A stretch of 64,000 bases of DNA, taken from Octopus vulgaris (taxonomy: Eukaryota). This document shows, piece after piece, positions 1-12,183 of the stretch (position 1 is the first letter of the stretch; every line of letters begins with the position of its first letter). The notes below the pieces were generated by a model. The model saw only the letters and a list, made by a program, of their open reading frames with translations. It did no database searches and was not told the origin of the DNA. Position numbers and translations under genes: made by a program. Location: positions 2,294,001 through 2,358,000 of the forward strand of contig OX597815.1 of the NCBI GenBank assembly GCA_951406725.2. The letters run 5' to 3'.

Positions 1-1020
1 CTGTTCTCAGTATTTAAGGAAGCTGACAAATACAAACAAGAAATCATACCACCTAATAAACACAAAGAAGAAGAAGAAGATGATGAAGAAACAACAAAAG
101 CTATAAAAGAAATGAAATCCAAACTAAAAATAGAACAGCAACGAGCCATGATAAAACGATGGCAAGAAAAACCCCTTCATGGTAAATACTGCACTAAACT
201 AAACGCAAAAGAAATAGACAAAGAAAAATCCCAGCAATGGTTGAGAAGCTCAGGACTCAAAGCAGAAACAGAGGGATTTTTAATTGCAGCACAAGACCAA
301 AGCCTCCCCACCAGAAATTACCAAAAACATGTAATGAAAAGAAATATTACAAGTAACTGCAGAATATGTGGAGATGGACAAGAAACAATAAATCATATTA
401 TCTCTAGCTGCCCAGTCCTGGCTAAGAAGGAATATATTCACAGACATGACAGAGTTGGAACCTACATACATTGGAAGCTATGCCAACATTATGGAATAAC
501 AACAGAAAAAAGATGGTATAGGCACACACCAGAAAAGGTCACAGAAAACGAGAAAGCAACCATACTCTGGGATATGCCGATACATACAGATAGAGAAATT
601 AAGGCCAACAGACCAGATATAGTTGTCAGAGATCATGAAGAAAAAAATGCTTTCTAATTGATCTATCAATACCGGTAGATGACAACGTGTCTCTAAAAGA
701 AATGGAGAAACTCTCAAAATACAAAGACCTGGAAATAGAGGTAACTAGAATGTGGAACCTGAAAACAGAAACAATTCCTATCATAGTAGGTGCATTAGGC
801 ATGATAAAAAAATATTCAGACAAATACATAACAAAAACACCAGGACTTACAAACACATATAACATACAGAAAATTGCACTACTAGGCACTGCACACATCC
901 TACGCAGAACACTTTCCATACAATAACCATCAGAGCATCACAACAAATCACAGCACATACCCAAGGCACACAGAGCTGCGCTCGGTAGTGAAGTGAAAGC
1001 ACGCTATAAAAATAAAACTA

Positions 1021-1090
<70 letters not shown>
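1..1090 (+). mobile_element. R4/Dong-clade non-LTR retrotransposon, 3' portion (CCHC knuckle, restriction-like endonuclease, 3' UTR, (TAA)n tail)
   Basis: ORFs 112-657 and 687-926 read LHGKY..., ETEGFLIAAQDQ, CRICGDGQETINHIISSC, RHDRVG, NRPDIVV and KLSKYKDL (PD-(D/E)xK RLE), joined by one frameshift. (TAA)n tail at about 1024-1090. Confidence 0.92.
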
Positions 1091-1091
<1 letters not shown>

Positions 1092-1539
1092 GATAACAGC
1101 AGGGACGTTTAACATGTGACAGCGATAAAACACTGCTTGGAAATCTATCCAAAAAGATCGGAAATAAAGACATCACATGACAAGTAATAGTCATTGAAAG
1201 TTATTTCTATGTTCCGAATGAAATGCTGTATTTTAACTGGATATCATCTCCACTGCTCGCACAGCACATGTAAACACGCTTGTCACATTACGATCCAGTT
1301 AACACCAGACTAGCTCCGTCCCCAAACACCATGCACAAAAAAAAGAAAAATAAATGAAATAATATCTGTATTATTCAATCCAAGGATAATAATCGGGAAG
1401 TACGTACTTTAAAATTGTTACTCAAAAAGTACAAAACTATTTAAAATCAGAAATAAGCGAACTGGTTCCCTACGAAATGCTGGCCGTCAAAATAAAGGGT
1501 CGGGTGTTATTCTTTATGTTCCGCAAATAAAATCAAAAG

Positions 1540-3254
1540 AGCATAAATGGAACACGTGAAGAATATAATTCAATCATACGCGCTTATTTTACAGCAGTTC
1601 TCTACCCAAAGAACGAAAACACAACAACGTATACTTATGAAACATGGAAGAAAAATAACATAAAGACTTGGATTCAGCATCGAACCCTGATAAACTAGCT
1701 AACATATGGAGATATATTCACAAAACAAAACAAAAAGATATCAGAAATAGAAATAGAACACTTAAAAGGGAAAATACATCAGGAAAATGTAGATGGTAAC
1801 CACACAGCAATGTCAAATGATATCATAAGTACCGGGACTGTAAAACACAAACACAGACGTAACAAGTGAAACAAAAACACAGTAAACAACAAAAGACAAG
1901 AAACCCAGACCGTAGGAATGTATAATGATGAATAAAATGCACCAAAGCAGAACAGCACTGACAAAAATATAAATGGGAGGGAATAGGAAAGAAATCTAAA
2001 ACCTGGAAACAGTGAAGGTGGAACTAATGATTATGATACTCTGAAAATGAGCATAAGCAAAGAATTGAGAGCCACAGATCTCAGAATGGACCACCAATTG
2101 TACCTCTGGAAAATTAAAATGGATAATAAAACAACATCAATAATAAATAGCATGAACCTGGCTGTCACAGAACTAATGGCCACAGAAACAAATGTCAATA
2201 TGACTAGGTTAAATGATATATGCAGCAGTCTCTGTGGCCACAACAGAAGATGGATACCCCATCAAACCCATCCACACAGGAGTATCAACACCACAACAAA
2301 CCCTGTGGGTAAATAATAACCAGAAAGAAAGAGAAAATAAGAGAAAAGATCTGTCGATTCTTAACGAAATTAGTAGACAATCAATACTACTAAGCAACAA
2401 AAAGAAAACAAAAATACTGTGCAAATACATCACAGAAAAAGATTTACCTGAGATTTACCTGAGATTTACCTTTGAACAAAAAAAATCCAGTTCAACTCCA
2501 GCCCCCAAAAATTTTTGGCAAAAATAAAATAGATATCAATGCAGCACCAACAGCAGAATAAGTGGAAGAAGTTTTGAAAGAAATATGGTCGGCGGATGAA
2601 CAACCTCAAAAAAGGACTATTAAAATAACGAACTTAGCACCTGAACAACTCTGGACCCCTGTAACAATTGAAGACGTCACCCAGGCACTACAAAGACTAA
2701 GCAACTGGAAGGCACCTGGGCATGATAAGATCCCCATCTTCTGGTTGAAATATCTGACAGGAATGCACAAAATGCTGGCTGAAAGCTTTAACAACATACG
2801 GGCAGAGCCAGAGACAATGTCTGAAAGGCTCACGAAGGGGAAAACCATCTTAATTCTCAAATCCAATGAAACTGCAAAACCAGAAATCTACAGACCTATA
2901 ACCTGTCTCCCTACAATGTACAAATCCTTTACTGTAGTAATATCGCAAAGATTGAACAAGCACCTGGACGAAAACAACCTGTTTCCAGAAGAGCAGAAAG
3001 GGTGCCGTAAGGGCTCATATGGCTGTAAAGATCAACTAATGATCAATAAAGCCATAACCGAAGACAGCCACAGAAAGAAGAAAGGCCTCAGTATGGCCTG
3101 GATCGACTACCGAAGGGCTTTATATAGTATTCCCCAAACGTGGATCCTCGAAACACTAGCCATTAACAAGGTAGCACCAACAATTATAAAATACATAAGA
3201 CATTCTATGAATAAATGGCAGACAGTGCTACAGCTCCAAACAAAAGAGGGACTC
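1540..3254 (+). mobile_element. R4/Dong LINE N-terminal and RT fragment, decayed
   Basis: ORF 2562-3416 contains NWKAPGHDKI, YRPITCLPTMYK, EEQKGCRKGSYGCKDQLMIN and LSMAWIDY. The upstream region has many stops. Confidence 0.88.
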
Positions 3255-3339
3255 GTGAACTGCTCAAGTTCAAATCACTTGATCACTATTATTTTATACA
3301 GAGAATACCTGTCCCTAATCTCTCTCTCCCTCTCACTCT

Positions 3340-3396
<57 letters not shown>

Positions 3397-3660
3397 TATA
3401 CATACAATATACATAGGTCAAGGCCAAACCAAAAGCAGTCTACGTCAAAGGATGGCTCTACATAGATCTCAGATCAAAATTCGGGAATACAGAAAATAGC
3501 AATCAACGAACACATCGACATTTGCGCTACTAACAAACACCCCAACTTCAGAATGTTTCCTCTCTATAAATTCAGGGACGATGCAACCTATAATCAGCGC
3601 ATTAGCAAAGGGTCATATTTTATCACAAAATATAAACCTCTTTTGAAGTATTCATATAAA
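3255..3660 (+). mobile_element. Penelope-like GIY-YIG endonuclease fragment interrupted by (CT)/(TA)n
   Basis: YIGQGQTKSSLRQRMALHRSQIKIREYRK, homologous to the GQTSLSLRRRVMLHKEQIRFPQYRQ segment at about 47.7 kb. Confidence 0.75.
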
Positions 3661-3772
3661 GAAATTTAAAAGTAACAAAAGCATTATAATACATGTACGT
3701 AATGTGCAATATAATAAAAGTGTATCTCAATATAATGGAAGATAATGAGGTATCTGTGCGAAATTAATACGC

Positions 3773-3816
<44 letters not shown>

Positions 3817-4477
3817 TAGATTATTTATTTATTTAGATAGATAGATAGATATATAGATAGATAGATAGACAGACAGATAAAAAGATAGATAGATAGATTG
3901 ATTGATAGATAGATAGCTAGAAATGACTGTTGCCATGATGTTAACTATTTGTAGTCAGTAAATACCATAAAAGATAGAAAGACACACACACTCAGTGAAA
4001 CGTATCTGGCGCCATCTTTAATCCAGAAATTCAATCCAGTGCTGTGGACAGATAATCAGATATTGAAACTAACATGTATGATGACACACAAACACATGCA
4101 ATGACACACACAGACACATGCAATGACACATATGCTCCCACTCGCGCACACACATTCAGACGCACACCGCAGTCATGACAGTCATCATCATATTACGGCC
4201 GTAAATAGTCACATTCCGCCTGTGAATATTACCAAACACATGGAGAAACCCATACAGAGACAAACACGCTTCCAATAAGTAAAGACCAAACTCCAAATAA
4301 CAGACATCTGTGAGGGTTGAGAAGGTTACAAATGCATAACAAAATATCATGATGTATAAATTATGAAAGAAGTGACCTATAACCAGTGTATGTGTTTTAT
4401 TGGCAGAATTACACGTCAAAAGTCCAGCGATAACTGTTTCAACACATGGTTTATCACTACGAATCTTGTGGCGGCTG

Positions 4478-4520
<43 letters not shown>

Positions 4521-4674
4521 TATTGAGTGGGTAAGTTAAATCTGGGCGATTTCCTCAGCAATTCACGCAAGAAACTTGTTAGCGAAGTCTTGCAATAGCT
4601 GTTTAATGGTTAGACTTAATCAACCTTTGCCTTTCTTCACTGTGATTGACATAATTGGCTTTATATATATATAC

Positions 4675-4890
4675 TATATTAAATTAGAGATAAAACCACT
4701 ATTAGGTAAATCAAACAATGAAAAACTTAAGCCAATACATAAAATTAATTAATTAATATTATTTTAAATATATATCAAAAGTATTAAAAGTTTAATAAAA
4801 GTTAATGAGTAAAACACTACGATCGTTTCATGGCTGTCCAATTCATAATGATTCGAGTTAGGGTTACAGTAAATCTTCAGGTAATTGAAA
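4675..4890 (-). mobile_element. Decayed copy of the HHR-bearing element that forms the 9.2-9.6 kb palindrome
   Basis: Shares aaattagaga-aaaaccactatta...cttaagccaatacataaaat and cactacgatcgtttc with 9240-9355. The minus strand reads CTGAAGA...GAAACGATCGTA. Confidence 0.7.
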
Positions 4891-4979
4891 TATTTTATTA
4901 TATATATATGATTGTGTGTACAGCCGAGAGAAAATCCAATACCCCCAGTCCTTACTAATATATAAAGAACTTAATGCAG

Positions 4980-5612
4980 CAAACTGGCAGGATCGTGGTT
5001 TGCACTCCTTTAAGTTCTGAGTTCAAATTCTGCCGAGGTCGACTTTGCCTTTCGTCTTGCCGGGCTTGATGAAATAAGTATCAGTTGAACACTAGGGGTC
5101 GATGTCATCAAATTACCCACCGCACCCGAAATTGCAGGTGTTGTGTCAAAATTTGAAATCAATATGTGTGTGTGTGTGTGTATGTGTGTGAAATGTAAAT
5201 GAGCTGAAAGAAGTAAGTAAAAGTAGCCAATGACATCTCTTTGTTCGACATAAAGGTTTATTTAAAAATGGCTTCCTCTGAAGATTTCAGTGATATAAAT
5301 TATATACGAAGACTACAAATGTAGAGGGAAAGCGCATTGCGTGCTCCTATCGCTGGTCACTTATTTGCTGCTGTAAAGCGCCCACCTCGGTAGGAAATCT
5401 TTATTAAAGTCCTTGGTGAAAATTGGAGCGAGCCCGCAGAATCGTTAGCACGACGGACAAAACGTTTAGTGGTATTTCGTCCGTCTTCACGTTCTGAGTG
5501 AGATCGATTTTACTTTTGATCCTTTCGGGGCTGATAAAATAAGTCCCAGTCTGATCGACTTAACCCCTCCCCCGAATTTGCTGGCCATGGGCTAAAATTT
5601 GGAGCCAATATT
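4980..5612 (+). mobile_element. Two degenerate SINE copies (about 4980-5163 and 5428-5612)
   Basis: ttctgagttcaaattctgccgaggtcgactttgcctttc...ggggtcgat motif shared with 15950-16180 and 10678-10897. Confidence 0.75.
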
Positions 5613-5647
5613 CATGGCTCAGAGGGTAATTAAATAAAATGAAGTCT

Positions 5648-6037
5648 TTTGGAAGCACTCCGTCGATTACGACGACGAGGGTTCCGGTTGATCCGAATCA
5701 ACGGAACAGCCTGCTCGTGAAATTAACGTGTAAGTGGCTGAGCACTCCACAGACACGAGCACCCTTAACGTAGTTCTCGGGTATATTCAGCGTGACACAG
5801 AGAGTGACAAGGCTGGCCCCTTGAAATACAGGTACAACAGAAACAGGAAGTAAGAGTGAGAGAAAGTTGTGGTGAAAGAGTACAGCAGGGATCACCACCA
5901 TCCCCTGCCGGACCCTCGTGGAGCTTTGAGGTGTTTTTGCTCAATAAACACTCACAACGCCCGGTCTGGGAATCGAAACTGCGATCCTACGACCGCGAGT
6001 CCGCTGCCCTAACCACTGGGCCATTGCGCCTCCACTC
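5648..6037 (-). mobile_element. Full-length tRNA-headed SINE with 12-bp TSD
   Basis: Minus-strand head ggaggcgcaatggcccagtggttagggc...gtttcgattcc (A/B boxes). TSD aaaatgaagtct at 5636-5647 and 6038-6049. Close paralog at 43299-43652. Confidence 0.9.
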
Positions 6038-6357
6038 AAAATGAAGTCTAGACATTGGCTGTCAACTTCGATTCGACATAATGAATGAGACAAAGGGGTA
6101 AATTAACCAAAACTAAAAAAACCCCAACATTCTCAAGAATTTCAACGATATTTCATGTCTTTGTGGATTTTCCGAATTCTAAACCAATTATTGTCATTGT
6201 GAAACTGGTGTGGAGACATCATGGTGACAGGTTCCGGGTTCGAGAAGCGAATACAAAATGCTTCACTTCATTTATATTAACAAAATCCATGGCAAAGGGG
6301 TCAATGAAAGATCCTCCATGCAGTCGTTTTACCTGCAGGAAATAGCTACTAACTCTC

Positions 6358-6724
6358 TTGAGAGGCGGTTGGATGGAACCTACACTCGCCTCCTTATGAG
6401 AGCTCAAAATCTCTCGTGGAAACGCCATCCAACCAAAATGCAAATATATGGGAAACTACCACCTGTGTCATCTCTTGTGAAAGATAGGAGAGTCCAGTTT
6501 GCTGGACATTGTTGTAGAGCTGAAAAAGAGGTAATTTCTACTCTTCTCCTCTGGAAGCCATCTACTCGCAATACCAGAGGGCGACCACTCTCCTACTCTG
6601 ATGTAATCTCCAGGGATACAGGCATCCAGCAACAGGACCTCCGTAATGCCATGATGGACCGTGAAGTCTGGCGTAGCATGGTAAATTCCATTGTCTCGAC
6701 CACGGTCGAACAATGATGATGATG
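6358..6724 (+). mobile_element. 5'-truncated RTE-type LINE with (GAT)n tail and 10-bp TSD
   Basis: LDGTYTRLLMRAQNLSWK...RRVQFAGHCCR...AMMDREVWR C-terminus. TSD actaactctc at 6348-6357 and 6725-6734. Confidence 0.85.
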
Positions 6725-7059
6725 ACTAACTCTCACTTCGAAATAATTTATCACTTGTAAAAGGAAAAAATTGATTCGGTAATGTAGTCCGTGGCGTATA
6801 CGTGACCGACACCACGCCCATCATTTTTATTGTCTCTCCTTGAGCTCCAGTGGTTAATCAATATCCTCCTCGTCCTCGTCATCATCATCCTCATCATCAT
6901 CATCATCATCATCATTATTGTTAGCGGCTTGATATAAACGAACCTATCTCCAAATTTCTTTGAAGATTTTGGATTCTTACCAAGTTTATATTTATTTACG
7001 TGAGATAAACGAGAAAGATCTTTCGAATATTCTTATATTCATTGCAATATACCTTTCCG

Positions 7060-7630
7060 TTCATGAGTAGTCGAAAAAATATCTCTCACAGGGAACCCAC
7101 CGTTGGTCATTACACGGAATACAAGCTGGAAAATTTAAACAAACTGAAGGAAACTGTTAGATATATACACTTCTCAAACGGAAAAAAAAGAATTACACGG
7201 TTTAACGAGTGAAAATATTACTTTCCAAGACAGGAACAATGACATAATCTACATTTAGCAAAGGGAAATTACTCAGCTAGCAAACATGAAACATTGTGAC
7301 AGCTCTGCGTCACTAAAAGAAGTGTGTCTTTCCCTGAAATATTTATCTAAGAATAGCTAAAAAGGAAGAGACACTTTACCAAAAAGGAATCTACGAGATG
7401 TACAGGCGTACTTGTGGATGTGTTGAAAAAGATTAAAAAAACATTTTGACAGATATTATCCGAAACACCAGTTGAACCCACGTCTTGGTAAAGAAATGCA
7501 ACGGAAGCGAACGTTGTTAAAACCACTGATCCACAAGAAGCAAACATTGAGGGGAGGCCGTGGAACGGAAATAAAATAAAACAGCAATCACACGAATGGA
7601 TGTACCCCAGCGTGTCCAGAGCCGATGGCT
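7060..7630 (+). mobile_element. Highly decayed CR1-group LINE 3' end
   Basis: ctacgagatgtacaggcgtacttgtggatgtgttgaaaaagatta...ccagttgaacccacgtc resembles the LRDLHGVDVGFFKTKLD...VPDEPTS segment at 28.1-28.2 kb. Confidence 0.55.
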
Positions 7631-7681
7631 TGAGACAAGTAGAATTATTCATGCATACATGCTCTCTCACTCTCTCTCTCT

Positions 7682-7721
<40 letters not shown>

Positions 7722-8146
7722 CAAAATGAGGATTCAGATAGAATCAGGTACTTGAAAAGATATGCCTCGGGTAGGGTTGGATAATCTCTGTAGTTCTGGC
7801 CTATGGTTAGTGAGTATCAAATAAGATATTTCAGTTGTGTTCACAGAGATAAGCAATCCTACGAGTATTTAGCGTTACTTTGAATATCACGATGCTCGTA
7901 GGTTGAAATACTAGTTTAGTCAAATGAATCGTCTCCCAGGTCATGTGTTTTTTTAAGACTGCTACTATTCTGTCGCTCTCTTATGCCGAACCACTGGGTT
8001 ACGAGCAGGTAAACACAGCTGACAAGTGGTGGTGGACAAACACACGCACACCACACACACACACACACACACAAATACATACATACATACATACATACAT
8101 ACATACGTACGTATGTATGTATGTATGTATGAATATATATATATAT

Positions 8147-8348
8147 AGGGTAAGTTCATGAAAGAAACAAAAGACGAAAGGAGGTGGTGTACAAAATAAA
8201 CAGATGTATTAGTATAACGCTCAGGAATAGAAAAATGCATTTTACGTTTCGAGCCTACGCTCTTCTACAGAAAGGGATACAGATAAAAACAAGGAGAGAA
8301 ACAAGGAGAGAAAAAAAATGTGTGTAGTGGCTAATGATCTATCATGGC

Positions 8349-8387
<39 letters not shown>

Positions 8388-8735
8388 TATAAGTAATACT
8401 AAGTAATTAAGGGTTTAGAAAGGATTTGCCTCACCACACACCGAGTTTAGAAATAGCAGTCAAAGAGTTATAGCTATTCTTTCTACTAAAAAGGGAGATC
8501 TCAGTAAAACCACAGCACTTAGAAGGCAAACGCAGGCAAGAGAGAAAGAAATGACGACAATCATACAATTAAAAAAAACAAAAGACGAAGACAGGTGGTG
8601 TATAAAACAAACAGAAGTATTAGTATAACGCTCAGGAATTGAATAAGTCTTTTACGTTTCGACCCTACGCTCTTCTACAGAAAGGGACACAGAAAAAACA
8701 AGGAGAGAAAAAATGTGTGTAGTGGCTAATGATCT

Positions 8736-8788
<53 letters not shown>

Positions 8789-8791
8789 ATA

Positions 8792-8824
<33 letters not shown>

Positions 8825-9075
8825 GTATATATATAGGGAGAGTTCACGAAAAAGACAAAAGACGAAGATAGGTGGTGTACAAAAAAAAAACAGATGTATT
8901 AGTATAACGCTCAGGAATAGAAAAAGTCTTCTACGTTTCGAGCCTACGCTCTTCCACAGAAAGGGACACAGAAAAAAACAAGGAGCGAAACAAGGAGAGA
9001 AAAAAATGTGTGCAGTGGCTAACGATCTATCATGGCGACTGCCATACAGAAGGGTCACATAGGAGAGCATGTTCG
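8147..9075 (-). mobile_element. Three same-orientation copies of a 170-240 bp HHR-motif element (about 8147-8352, 8570-8740, 8835-9075) separated by (TA)n
   Basis: Near-identical text gacgaagacaggtggtgt...ttagtataacgctcaggaa...tacgtttcgagcctacgctcttctacagaaaggga. The minus strand reads cttt-CTGTAGA-a-gagc-gtag-gctc-GAAAC-GTA-aaag. Confidence 0.85.
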
Positions 9076-9229
9076 TGTGAATGTATGTATGTAGTTGCTA
9101 GAAAAGCAGAACCAAATTCAAAGAACTTCGTCGCATATATATATATAATAATAATAAATATTAGGGAATAAATCCAAATTTACAAGGAAAAATCAGATTA
9201 AAATTGAATCCAATTTTATAGTAAAATAT

Positions 9230-9590
9230 TATATTATAATAAATTAGAGACAAAACCACTATTATGCAAATTAAACAAAGAAAGACTTAAGCCAATACAT
9301 AAAATAATTTATATAAATTAAAATTTAACAAATGAATAACCACTACGATCGTTTCGTGTCAGCACATCTTAGACATTCTTCAGGTGGTTTCTAAACCTTC
9401 TTAGCGAGTTATAAACTATGAAGGTTTAGAAACCACCTGAAGAATGTCTAAGATGTGCTGACACGAAACGATCGTAGTGGTTATTCATTTGTTAAATTTT
9501 AATTTATATAAATTATTTTATGTATTGACTTAAGTCTTTCTTTGTTTGATTTGCATAATAGTGGTTTTGTCTCTAATTTATTATAATATA
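9230..9590. repeat. Near-perfect fold-back palindrome (171-bp arms, 19-nt spacer)
   Basis: 9230-9400 is the reverse complement of 9420-9590. I saw only two C/T differences. Confidence 0.95.
9431..9482 (+). ncRNA. Type-I hammerhead ribozyme motif (mirror copy at 9338-9389 on -)
   Basis: aaccac-CTGAAGA-a-tgtc(taagatgtgct)gaca-c-GAAAC-GATC-GTA-gtggtt. Perfect 6-bp stem I, stem II, short palindromic stem III loop, GUA cleavage triplet. Confidence 0.8.
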
Positions 9591-9619
9591 TATATATATA
9601 TATACACACACACATACAC

Positions 9620-9704
<85 letters not shown>

Positions 9705-9915
9705 GTGTGTGTGTGTGTGTGTGGACATCCTTCAGTTTGGTCTTGCTCTTTTCTAGCGAGTAGGGGAAAAACAGAGCAGTCACAGCTTGAATGCTTTTCC
9801 TCATAAATCTGATTTATCACGACTGACCTGAGATTAAAATAACAACAACAACAACTACAACGACGACCACGAATTCCATAACATTTTCCCCGTTTAAACA
9901 ATACACATCTCTTAC

Positions 9916-10000
9916 CTTGTGTGGTCAATGCCTGAGAAAGGTGTAAAAGCGCTGCAGTCAACACCGTTGCAAATACAAGAAAATTCATGCTTGTTGCCAT
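9916..10000 (-). CDS. Probable first coding exon of a secreted or membrane protein (signal peptide), followed by a phase-1 intron
   Basis: ATG at 10000 gives MATSMNFLVFATVLTAALLHLSQALTTQ(G): hydrophobic core and SQA cleavage-like site, then AAG|GTAAGA donor at 9916/9915. Non-repetitive sequence. No downstream exon identified. Confidence 0.68.
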
Positions 10001-10065
10001 TACCAGTTTTAGTAGAAAGATTAATGGAGACCAGAGTTAAACTGTTTCATAACCACATGTGAAAC

Positions 10066-10245
10066 GTTGGTGACTTTCTTCCTGTATTTTTCTCTGTATC
10101 TTCTTTCTGAAGAGGAGCTTTGCTCGAAACGTAAAACCACATTTCTTTCCTTCTCTGAGCGTCTCCTAATACTTTGCAATATACCACGTCCATGCATTGT
10201 TGTCTTTTTGTGTTTGTTCTTCGTTTTTTTTGTTTGGATTTACTA
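10066..10245 (+). mobile_element. Short PLE-like terminal element with minimal HHR (10103-10137)
   Basis: ttt-CTGAAGA-g-gagc-ttt-gctc-GAAAC-GTA-aaa followed by ctgagcgtc...taatact and ending in (TA)n. Related to 26185-26365. Confidence 0.72.
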
Positions 10246-10267
10246 TATATATATATATATGTGTGTG

Positions 10268-10324
<57 letters not shown>

Positions 10325-10485
10325 ATATATATCATTATATATATATATATCTTTGTTCATTGGTTCATTGGTTGAAGTTTTGTAAATAATATTTCTGGTT
10401 AAAGGTTTTAGTATTTTGTTTGTATGTGTATCTGTTTGTGTATCTAATTATTATTTATTTAATTATTCTCTTAATTTCCCCATCT

Positions 10486-10527
<42 letters not shown>

Positions 10528-10677
10528 CTCTACAAATAAAGTATTATTTTAATGTTTATTATCAATATTGCGACCGTATTTCGACATATTTTACTTTCTC
10601 ACGATCAGATTAAATCAAAAAAAGAAAATTTTGTTTTTAATTCTTTCTTAAACGAATCTTCACGAGGAAATGGTATA

Positions 10678-10897
10678 TTTCTTTATTGCCCACAAGGGGC
10701 TAAACATAGAGGGGGCAGACAGAGGGATTAAGTCAATTACATAGACTCCAGTGCGTAACTGGTACTTAATTTATCGACCCCGAAAGGATGAAAGGCAAAT
10801 TTACCTCGGCGTAATGGGAACTCACAACGTAACGACAGACGAAATGCGGCTACGCATTTCGCCCGGCATGCTAACGTTTCTGCCAACTCGCCGCCTC
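10678..10897 (-). mobile_element. SINE
   Basis: Reverse complement of the family at 15950-16180. The flank cacgaggaaatggtat is duplicated on both sides (TSD). Confidence 0.85.
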
Positions 10898-11459
10898 ACG
10901 AGGAAATGGTATCCAACTTCAGAGAATTATTGCTGATCGAACATGAATTTCCTGCATTCGATTGTCAGATAAATTTATTCGATTTTTCTTCCTCCAACAT
11001 CATATTTGTGGAAAGAAGTCTGAAGGCACGTAGCTTAGAAGTTACGGTATTCGGCCTACATATGGAAGATTGTGAGTTCGATTCCCAGCGACACACAAAC
11101 ATAAACACACACATCCATATAAAGAGAAAGAGAGAGGGGGAGAGAGAGAATTTTCTGACCAATTCTACTTGACATCTTTTTTTTTAATAGATTATTTAGT
11201 GGAACACTTACCTTATGCATATTTGAAATATAATTTTCGTAACAATTTGCCTGTCCCTAAAGAAACTTTTTTCGTCAGATGAATTCATGAACATCAAAAT
11301 ATAGGTCGTTCAGAAAGATTCCACAGAGTTTAAAATCCATGGAACAAAATCATTTTCAGAGATTCTGCTACTATTCCAGCTGGCAGAATGAGTTTATCAG
11401 AATAGTGTATATTTGGTCAGAACAGAAAAAAATTGGGGTGAATAGAGTTTTTAGGAGGG

Positions 11460-12056
11460 TGTTGTACAGTGAAACTATACACCCTTCCAAGTAAAAAGTG
11501 GTAATAGCCAGCCATTATAAATAGACCAAAAGCCGGTCGAGAGGGAAGGTCAGGAGGCCAAGAGTACGTGTAGACTGTGTTGATAGTCGTGTCTATGCTG
11601 ATAGAGTAATTATACTGTGACGCTGAGTAAACGTTTGTTTGTTCCTTCTCGAGCCATGCCTGGCTCATAAGGGCCAGTTTTCCGGTTTTCCTTGTTGTAT
11701 AGGTTTCCCACCTGGACGGGACGCCGGTCCGTCGCAGGTAAGCTGCAAAATTCAGGAGGAAAGAGTGAGAGAAAGTTGTGGCGAAAGAGTCAGCAGAAGT
11801 TCGCCATTACCTTCTACCAGAGCCGCGTGGAGCTTAGGTGTTTCGCTCATAAACACACACTTCACTCAGTCTGAGATTCGAACCCGCGATCCCTCAACTG
11901 CGAGTCCGTTGCTCTAACCATTAGGCCATGTGCCTCCACATACTGAGTGGACGTGATAACGATCCAACCTTTTGGGCATAAAAACGCTGTGCGCCTGGGG
12001 GTCGTGCGATGCCAGATAGAACCGTTGACAACCGTCGTCAAAAGACGGATGCAACA
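11460..12056 (+). mobile_element. Gypsy 5' LTR (TGTTG...CAACA) containing a nested SINE
   Basis: Starts tgttgta, ends tgcaaca, TATAAATAG at about 11516, and is immediately followed by PBS-like TGGCGACGAGG (12059-12069) and gag. Confidence 0.7.
11633..11940 (-). mobile_element. tRNA-headed SINE nested in the LTR
   Basis: Minus-strand head tggaggcacatggcctaatggttagagc...ggttcgaatc. The 3' part matches 62330-62440. Confidence 0.8.
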
Positions 12057-12183
12057 AGTGGCGACGAGGGGAAAAAACCCCGAAAACATTCATATGGAGA
12101 GTTTAAACTAATTCATGTGGAAAATTAAATAACTCGACAAAATAGAAACGAAAATCTTTTTGTGCAAACGAAAATCGTAAAAC

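Noticed and set aside
5270-5330. CTGAAGA...GTAGAGGGAA hammerhead-like pairing
   Set aside because: Has GAAG instead of GAAA and no credible stem II.
5960-6035. tRNA genes at SINE heads (also 11860-11940, 37980-38052, 43580-43652, 62500-62583)
   Set aside because: They continue into SINE bodies, some with TSDs, and have imperfect acceptor stems; not functional tRNAs.
6219-6345. Minus-strand acceptor tttcctgcag as exon 2 of the signal-peptide gene
   Set aside because: The phase-1 frame stops after 10 codons, and the other frames give no recognisable protein.
7347-7724. 125-aa hydrophobic ORF on minus
   Set aside because: Antisense of a decayed CR1-type LINE end, starting in microsatellite.
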